This document shows positions 58,678 through 64,000 of a stretch of 64,000 nucleotides of DNA, piece after piece. Within the stretch, counting starts at the first letter, position 1; each line of letters begins with the position of its first letter. The DNA is from Fidelibacterota bacterium (lineage in GTDB: Bacteria; Fidelibacterota; Marinisomatia; Marinisomatales; S15-B10): NCBI GenBank assembly GCA_036338335.1, contig JAYZCL010000025.1:4681-68680 (forward strand), read 5' to 3'. Both the position numbers and the translations under genes were made by a program. The notes below the pieces were generated by a model. That model searched no databases. It saw only the letters and a program-made list of their open reading frames with translations, and was not told the DNA's origin.

Positions 58678-58874
58678 CTAGTAAATCACTCTCGACAAAA
58701 GGGGGATTTTTCATTCACTATAAGAGAGAACATTTCTTTAGTTAAAAAATGAAAAAGTTTCTCTCCATGTCTAGAACCAAACTCAGGCTTTGGAAGGGAT
58801 TCCCGTTTCCTGTACCAGCCGGTCGGTGGTGATCAAGTACAGCCACCTTTTTGACGCCCTCAGATAAGCCGGCT

Positions 58875-58890
58875 TGTGACGGGTGTCACG
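58875..58890. promoter_or_regulatory. CRP-like palindrome TGTGA-N6-TCACg
   Basis: tgtgacgggtgtcacg, 104-119 nt upstream of the ATG at 58994. 9 of 10 consensus positions match. Confidence 0.25.
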
Positions 58891-58993
58891 TCGAGGAAAT
58901 ACGTCTTGCCACGGACTCAATTTGTCCCTTAGATTGTCCGAAAATTGGGAAAATTTTTTGTCCAAAACGAACGATTTGAATGCGGGAATCTGA

Positions 58994-59995
58994 ATGATTA
59001 AGAAAAAATTTTTCTTACATATGGCGATCTTCTTGTCGTTACCGATAACTCTTCTCGGTCAGGACACACGTCAGACTGTGGCCGTGCTCGATTTTGAAGG
59101 TAGGGGGATTTCACAACTTGAAGCACAAACACTGACGGATCGTTTCCGCACAGCGCTAGGTTCCGCTGGAGCTCTTAGACTTGTTGAGCGGCAGATGGTG
59201 CAAGAGGTCCTTCAGGAACAGGGTTTCCAGCAGACCGGTTGTACCAGCGACGAATGTGCGGTGGAGGTGGGGCAGCTTCTCGGTGTTCAGAACATGATTG
59301 GGGGAGCTATAGGGCGCGTCGGAAGAACATTTACGATAGACATGAGAATGTTCTCCGTCCAGACGGGCGAGAACATCCGAACAAAGAATGTCTCTTATGC
59401 CGGAGCGGTTGACGGTCTGATTACGGAGATTGAAATTCTCGCCTATGAGATTTCCGGACTTAAGGCGCCAGCGCCGCTCCTTGCCAAACGGAAGGCCGGT
59501 GCTCCGGCACAACCAATCATGGCGGCACCAAGGAAAACCCATTTTGGTGCCATGATCCGTTCCATCTTCATCCCTGGCATGGGGCAATTCTATTCCGAGC
59601 GGAGATTGTGGGGTTATACATGGCTTCTATCGGAACTTGCCATTGCCGGAGGTATCTACACGTTCGGTACTCAGTGGCAGACCTCTAAAGACAGCTACAA
59701 CACGACTATTGATCTCTATAACAATGAGACGGATCCGGATATGATCCGAGAATACAAAGCTGAGGCACAGGGGCATCACGCTGACATGGATGCTGCTGCG
59801 ACGCAGGCGGAGACTCTGGCTTATGCCGCCGCTGGCATCTGGGCGGTAAATGTTCTTCATGCCCTCATCACAGGGCCAAAAAAAGATGGTGATGAGAATA
59901 AGAAGACAAGTAGCATATCCTCTCCTGTTCAGCTGGTTTTTGATCCAAACTCACGTGCGACTATGATGAGTTTTACTATTCCCATCGGTCGATAG
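58994..59995 (+). CDS. exported protein with a CsgG/LpoB-like N-terminal domain and a DUF5683-like two-TM C-terminal region
   Basis: Signal peptide ...LPITLLG|QD. VAVLDFEGRGISQLEAQTLTDRF...LVERQ...GCTSDECAVEVGQLLG pattern. C-terminal IFIPGMGQFY plus hydrophobic helices. Confidence 0.7.
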   Translation: MIKKKFFLHMAIFLSLPITLLGQDTRQTVAVLDFEGRGISQLEAQTLTDRFRTALGSAGALRLVERQMVQEVLQEQGFQQTGCTSDECAVEVGQLLGVQNMIGGAIGRVGRTFTIDMRMFSVQTGENIRTKNVSYAGAVDGLITEIEILAYEISGLKAPAPLLAKRKAGAPAQPIMAAPRKTHFGAMIRSIFIPGMGQFYSERRLWGYTWLLSELAIAGGIYTFGTQWQTSKDSYNTTIDLYNNETDPDMIREYKAEAQGHHADMDAAATQAETLAYAAAGIWAVNVLHALITGPKKDGDENKKTSSISSPVQLVFDPNSRATMMSFTIPIGR

Positions 59996-59998
59996 ATT

Positions 59999-60589
59999 TT
60001 GGGCATTAGATTTTATATGTTAGGCTTCTTGCGGTGTACTTTACGGTGGTTTAGCGGGCGTCTAACGTTTTTCACCATTTTTGTGGCTCTTTTCGTGAGT
60101 TGCGACGTCCCCACGGAAGTATACGACAATCCTCTGGATGAAGAGGCTGCGGAGGAAGTAGGGATTGACACTCCGGCGCTCGTTTTTTTCCCGGATAAAT
60201 TTGAGGTTACTGCCGGCAGCAGCATCAGTATTCAGCTCTACGCACTGGAGGTGATAGACGTGGCCGGTGCTCACATTCAACTCTCATATGACAAGAGCCT
60301 TGTTTCTGTCAATTTAATCAATGCTGGTGATTTCTTTTCTTCGACTTCAGATCCCGTTTTCATTTACGAGGATGACCCTGACGCCGGCATTATCGATATC
60401 TATACATCATTTCTTGGTGCCGACAGCACCACAGTTTCCGGAACGGGGAACATGGCAACACTTGTACTGGGGACAACCACATCCGGACAATCAACAATTT
60501 CATACACCGCTGAATCTGAGCTGGTCGACCGAAACGATAATCCAGTTGAACTCAAAGGTCTCGGTCAGGGAGAGATTGTTGCACAGTAG
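59999..60589 (+). CDS. cohesin-domain-like lipoprotein
   Basis: Lipobox VALFVSC. FEVTAGSSISIQLYALEVIDVAGAHIQLSYDKSLVSV...GNMATLVLG resembles the cohesin fold signature. Alternative ATG at 60017. Confidence 0.6.
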   Translation: MGIRFYMLGFLRCTLRWFSGRLTFFTIFVALFVSCDVPTEVYDNPLDEEAAEEVGIDTPALVFFPDKFEVTAGSSISIQLYALEVIDVAGAHIQLSYDKSLVSVNLINAGDFFSSTSDPVFIYEDDPDAGIIDIYTSFLGADSTTVSGTGNMATLVLGTTTSGQSTISYTAESELVDRNDNPVELKGLGQGEIVAQ

Positions 60590-63500
60590 GTTTTACCTCA
60601 CAATGTGCCTGATATCTCTGGGCGTTCTCATCTCGCCGGCCAGAGCAGACCATGACGAGTCAAAATCCGTTGTGGTTGGGAACAAACTGTATGTAGGAAC
60701 TAGTTACTGGAACTCCAGCACCAGCCAGAGTGAAAACCAGGTTTGGGAGTATGACGGAACAAACAATCCCACATCCATCAAAGATTTTGGTAGCTCGTCA
60801 GTCTACGGTGTCTACAGTCTCGGTAGCAAGGTTGTTGTTTTTGTCTACGAAAGTTCGTCATACTATTTATATGTTTATGATCCATCCAATTCATCATGGG
60901 GCAGCGGCGTTAATCTCGGGAACAGCTGGCCGAGTTATGTGACTGAATTTAACAGCAAGCTCTACTTCTCAAGATACTCGTCAGATTCCTATTACATCTC
61001 TTCGTTTGACGGTTCTACCGTCACTAAGGAGAAGAATTTTGGGAGAAGTTATCCGTCTTACTTAACACTCTTCAACTCGAAGCTCTACTTCGTTGCGGGG
61101 AGCGGAAGCACGTACACGTTCTATTCCTACGACGGCACCACCTTCACCAGCGAGACAACGCTCAGCTCATCCGTGAGCAAAATGGTTAAATACAACAGCA
61201 AACTTTACATGGTTCTTTACTCCTACAGCAGCGGTACGTCAAGTTATTCTATTTATTCCTATGACGGCACCACACTTACGAAAGTAGCGAGCCTTGGAAG
61301 CAACTATCCGAATGGACTTATTGAAGTCGGCAGTAAACTCTACTACAGCGCGTACAATTCCAGCAGTTCGAACTATACACTTTACTCCTTTGACGGGTCT
61401 ACCTCTTCCACTGCTGCGACGCTGTCACAATATCCGTATAATATGACGGCGTACAAGGGCAGGCTCATTTTCTCTGTCTGGGATAATGCAAACACTGAGT
61501 ATGTTTTGAAGGAGTATGACGGCACCGACGTCAACAACCTCGCCAGCGCGGCGTCGCCTCCTTCCAAAGCTGCCGATCTTGTAACCACCGACACTGGCAC
61601 ATGGTTAAATACTTTCAAGGTAATGAACGGAGTGCTCTATTTCATAAAAGGCTCCAACTCCATCTGGAAGTACGAGATTCAATCCATCGCCTTTAGCAAC
61701 GGATATCCCTTTGCCTCCAATATTTCCGAGACTACTCTTGATCTCTTTGTCAGCACGAACATTGATGGGACAGCTTACTATGCCATCCTTCCGGACGAAT
61801 CTTCGGCTCCGACCTCCGCGCAGGTGAAGGCAGGTACAGATGCAGGCGGTTCATCCTCCAACGTGATCGCTTCGGGATACACAACAGTCTCATCCAGTTC
61901 CAGCACTATTTCCATCACCGGTCTCACAACGGCTACTTCCTACGATATCTGGTTCGCCGCAGAAGACAATTATTCAAACATTCAGTCAACGCCTGACAGT
62001 TTGAATATCGCCACTTCCGCATCAAAGGTCGGTACGTTTGCCTCGGGCTATCCGACAGTTACCGTGGGGAATACCGGTACAACGGCCACTTTTACGATGA
62101 TAGGGTCTTACGGCGGGAAGGTCTATTATGTGGTGCTGGCGGATGGTGCTCCCACGCCTTCTGCAAACGACGTTAAAAATGGCTCGGGATATGCCGGCGG
62201 TTCTACCGTAACCAGCGGGAACAGTTCGTTCTCGGAAGACACAGAGACTTCTCTGTCGATTTCAGGGTTAACGGCGAGTTTGGAATATGACCTCTACACG
62301 GTACTTGGCGTATTGAATACAAGTGGGCAAGAAACCTTGCAGTCCAACGCTACTCGGGTGGATATGTCAACGGACGTTACTGCGCCGGACTTTGCTACCG
62401 ACTACCCCAAAGTTCTCGGGGAGACTCAGACATCTGTCACACTGAAGGTGAAGGCCGATGAAGCGGGTACCGCCTTTTACGTCGTATTGGCGGACAATGC
62501 AACCCGGCCCGATTCCCTCCAAATCAAAAATAGGCAGGACGCCTCTGGGACGACAACGAACGTGATTAAATCGGGCAGTTTTTCGCTTAGGGCTGACACT
62601 GAGAACTCCGAGACCATAAACGATCTGACGGCGGGTACCAGTTACGACGCATGGTTCATGCTGGAGGATGAAAGCTTAAACGCCAATATGTCCATAACAA
62701 AGATGGCTGATATCACAACGCTTGCTCTTCCCAAGAAGCTGACTGTTAAAAAGGATGGAACGGGAGATCACATTACCATTAGTGATGCTATTAATGCCGC
62801 ATCCAGCGGGACGGCTGATACCATTGTAGTCTATGATGGAACTTATACCGAAAACATTAACTTCGGCGGTAAAAACCTTGTACTGAAGAGTAACAGCGGT
62901 CCGGCGAATACCATTATCACCCCTTCCAACAACGGCCTTGCCATTGTCTGGTTTTACAATGGTGAGCCATCCACGGCGAAACTGGTAGGTTTTACGCTAA
63001 CGGGTGGAGGTGACCTCCAGGGGAGCGCCATTAACATCGATCCCTCCACTGGTGGAACGACTAGCAACCCCACTATCGAGAACTGTATTATCACCGCCTC
63101 CAAAGGGTATCCGATCCGGTTCTACAATTCATCAACGGTGATAAAGAACACCGTTCTTCATAATAATACAGGGGACGGCGTTTTCTACTTTGACACATAC
63201 ACCACCACCATCTATCCGGAGATTATTAATTGTACGGTGGTGAATAATACGGGCTACGGGATTCGGAATGCGAAGACTTACCGCCCGAACTTGACAAATT
63301 CTATCGTCTGGGGTAACTCATCCGGCGGTGCCTTCGGAAACCTCAGTATCTCATACTCCATCGTCCAGGGAAGTTACACCGGTACGGGCAACAAGAGTGA
63401 TGATCCGCTCTTCATGAGTTCGACCGATTTTGACATCACGAATTATTCTCCCGCGATCGGCGCAGGGACAGCATCAGGTGCGCCGACAACTGACTTGGCC

Positions 63501-64000
63501 GATTCCACACGCGGTTCGCCGCCGGATATTGGCGCTTACGAGAACAGTCGCACAACGCCGTTGACCGACATGGAAGCGCCGACGGTCAGTCATGTACGGG
63601 AAGGGACTACCGGAAACATTGAATGGGTCGGGTCGAACAGTCAACTGTCGGCCCACTGGAACGGCAGCGATTCCGGTAGCGGAATCAAGAAATACGAGTA
63701 TGCTCTCGATACGTCAGCCACCACCATCACCGGTTCCATTGTGATGTGGACGAGTATGGGAACCGACACATCCGTCACAATAACTGATCTCTCCCTTGTT
63801 GAAGGAAAGACATATTATTTGTCTGTCAGGGCTACCGATATGCTGAATAATGTTTCAAATGTGGTCACCAGCGACGGCGTTAAGCTCGACATCACCGACC
63901 CTGCCACCGGTTCGGTTGTGGTTGGTACCGATGCACACCTTCACTGGGCCAATGATACCACTTCTGTTACAGCCACATGGAGCGGTTTTAGCGATGGAGG
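60579..64000 (+). CDS. very large secreted surface protein, 3'-truncated by the window: propeller-type repeats, three Ig/FN3-like modules, a right-handed beta-helix and further FN3-like modules
   Basis: Absent from the ORF track because no stop occurs before nt 64000. I translated it by hand with no stop in that frame. TTG 60579 has SD GGGAG 6 nt upstream and gives the signal peptide MHSRFYLTMCLISLGVLISPARA|D. Alternative ATG at 60603. Confidence 0.85.
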   Translation, partial: MHSRFYLTMCLISLGVLISPARADHDESKSVVVGNKLYVGTSYWNSSTSQSENQVWEYDGTNNPTSIKDFGSSSVYGVYSLGSKVVVFVYESSSYYLYVYDPSNSSWGSGVNLGNSWPSYVTEFNSKLYFSRYSSDSYYISSFDGSTVTKEKNFGRSYPSYLTLFNSKLYFVAGSGSTYTFYSYDGTTFTSETTLSSSVSKMVKYNSKLYMVLYSYSSGTSSYSIYSYDGTTLTKVASLGSNYPNGLIEVGSKLYYSAYNSSSSNYTLYSFDGSTSSTAATLSQYPYNMTAYKGRLIFSVWDNANTEYVLKEYDGTDVNNLASAASPPSKAADLVTTDTGTWLNTFKVMNGVLYFIKGSNSIWKYEIQSIAFSNGYPFASNISETTLDLFVSTNIDGTAYYAILPDESSAPTSAQVKAGTDAGGSSSNVIASGYTTVSSSSSTISITGLTTATSYDIWFAAEDNYSNIQSTPDSLNIATSASKVGTFASGYPTVTVGNTGTTATFTMIGSYGGKVYYVVLADGAPTPSANDVKNGSGYAGGSTVTSGNSSFSEDTETSLSISGLTASLEYDLYTVLGVLNTSGQETLQSNATRVDMSTDVTAPDFATDYPKVLGETQTSVTLKVKADEAGTAFYVVLADNATRPDSLQIKNRQDASGTTTNVIKSGSFSLRADTENSETINDLTAGTSYDAWFMLEDESLNANMSITKMADITTLALPKKLTVKKDGTGDHITISDAINAASSGTADTIVVYDGTYTENINFGGKNLVLKSNSGPANTIITPSNNGLAIVWFYNGEPSTAKLVGFTLTGGGDLQGSAINIDPSTGGTTSNPTIENCIITASKGYPIRFYNSSTVIKNTVLHNNTGDGVFYFDTYTTTIYPEIINCTVVNNTGYGIRNAKTYRPNLTNSIVWGNSSGGAFGNLSISYSIVQGSYTGTGNKSDDPLFMSSTDFDITNYSPAIGAGTASGAPTTDLADSTRGSPPDIGAYENSRTTPLTDMEAPTVSHVREGTTGNIEWVGSNSQLSAHWNGSDSGSGIKKYEYALDTSATTITGSIVMWTSMGTDTSVTITDLSLVEGKTYYLSVRATDMLNNVSNVVTSDGVKLDITDPATGSVVVGTDAHLHWANDTTSVTATWSGFSDG
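60678..61680 (+). repeat. 7-8 tandem protein repeats of about 40-50 aa (S-K-L-Y-F/Y/M ... Y-S-[YF]-D-G-[ST])
   Basis: Recurring NSKLYF, NSKLYM and GSKLYY spaced with WEYDGT, SSFDGST, YSYDGTT (twice), YSFDGST and KEYDGTD. Resembles ELWxxDGT-type propeller blades. Confidence 0.7.
61692..62720 (+). repeat. three tandem modules of about 110-120 aa (Ig/FN3-like)
   Basis: Each module has the pattern GYP......AYY/VYY/FYVVLAD...P....VK/IKNG......I.GL/DLTA.TSYD/EYD. Units start near 61692, 62019 and 62376. Confidence 0.7.

Noticed and set aside
58783-58965. 60-aa minus-strand ORF in the tRNA-to-surface-locus spacer.
   Set aside because: It has a TTG start with no SD and a basic low-complexity translation. 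It overlaps the hairpin and the CRP-like palindrome, so it is probably non-coding.
58604-58993. tRNA gene plus a long spacer as the attachment site of a genomic island carrying the surface-protein genes.
   Set aside because: There is no integrase or recombinase, and I saw no direct repeat of the tRNA 3' end downstream. There is no obvious compositional break by eye.
1-64000. Search by eye for CRISPR arrays, IS or transposase genes, integrases, reverse transcriptases, and toxin-antitoxin or restriction-modification genes.
   Set aside because: None was found. All ORFs of 150 aa or more are accounted for by the annotated genes or by shadow ORFs. An exhaustive repeat search would need a computational self-alignment.

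Overview
The window is a gene-dense (about 90% coding) chromosomal segment with no visible prophage, IS element, CRISPR array or rRNA. About 52 protein genes are supported, mostly on the + strand, with two minus-strand blocks at 31246-36053 and 52707-56928. There is also one tRNA(CAU), two intrinsic terminators and two sigma70-like promoters.

Housekeeping genes are recognisable directly from motifs: tsaE, tsaB, accD, surE, guaA, glmS, pgeF, uppP, putP, holA, polA, alr, sodB, pepA, glcDEF, sat and cysC.

The host looks like a diderm bacterium, possibly of the FCB group. The hints are a PorX-type REC-PglZ regulator, a DUF5683-like protein, outer-membrane beta-barrel proteins and a giant beta-propeller/beta-helix surface protein. 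This placement is inference only.

No canonical defence system is visible. The parts most worth a second look are:
- A co-linear envelope-glycan island (21379-29958). It joins a CsbB/GtrB-type GT2 and a YfhO-type GT-C to a sulfotransferase, a methyltransferase and a dedicated sat-cysC PAPS supply.
- A three-gene surface locus after the tRNA (58994 to the window end). It encodes a CsgG/LpoB-like protein, a cohesin-like lipoprotein and a protein of more than 1100 aa that runs off the window.
- A 1019-aa kinase-M23-class III PLP enzyme fusion (31938-34997).
- A promoter-to-terminator structured RNA candidate of about 77 nt (52203-52279).
- Two genes whose conserved N-termini lie upstream of any ATG/GTG/TTG: tsaB (a CTG start with a good SD) and a GT2 that is in frame with the TGA stop of the preceding GT2.
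- A CHASE2 cyclase next to the PorX-like regulator.
- A peptidoglycan/MurNAc salvage cluster containing a NamZ-like DUF1343 protein.

All function calls come from reading motifs by eye. No database search was possible.
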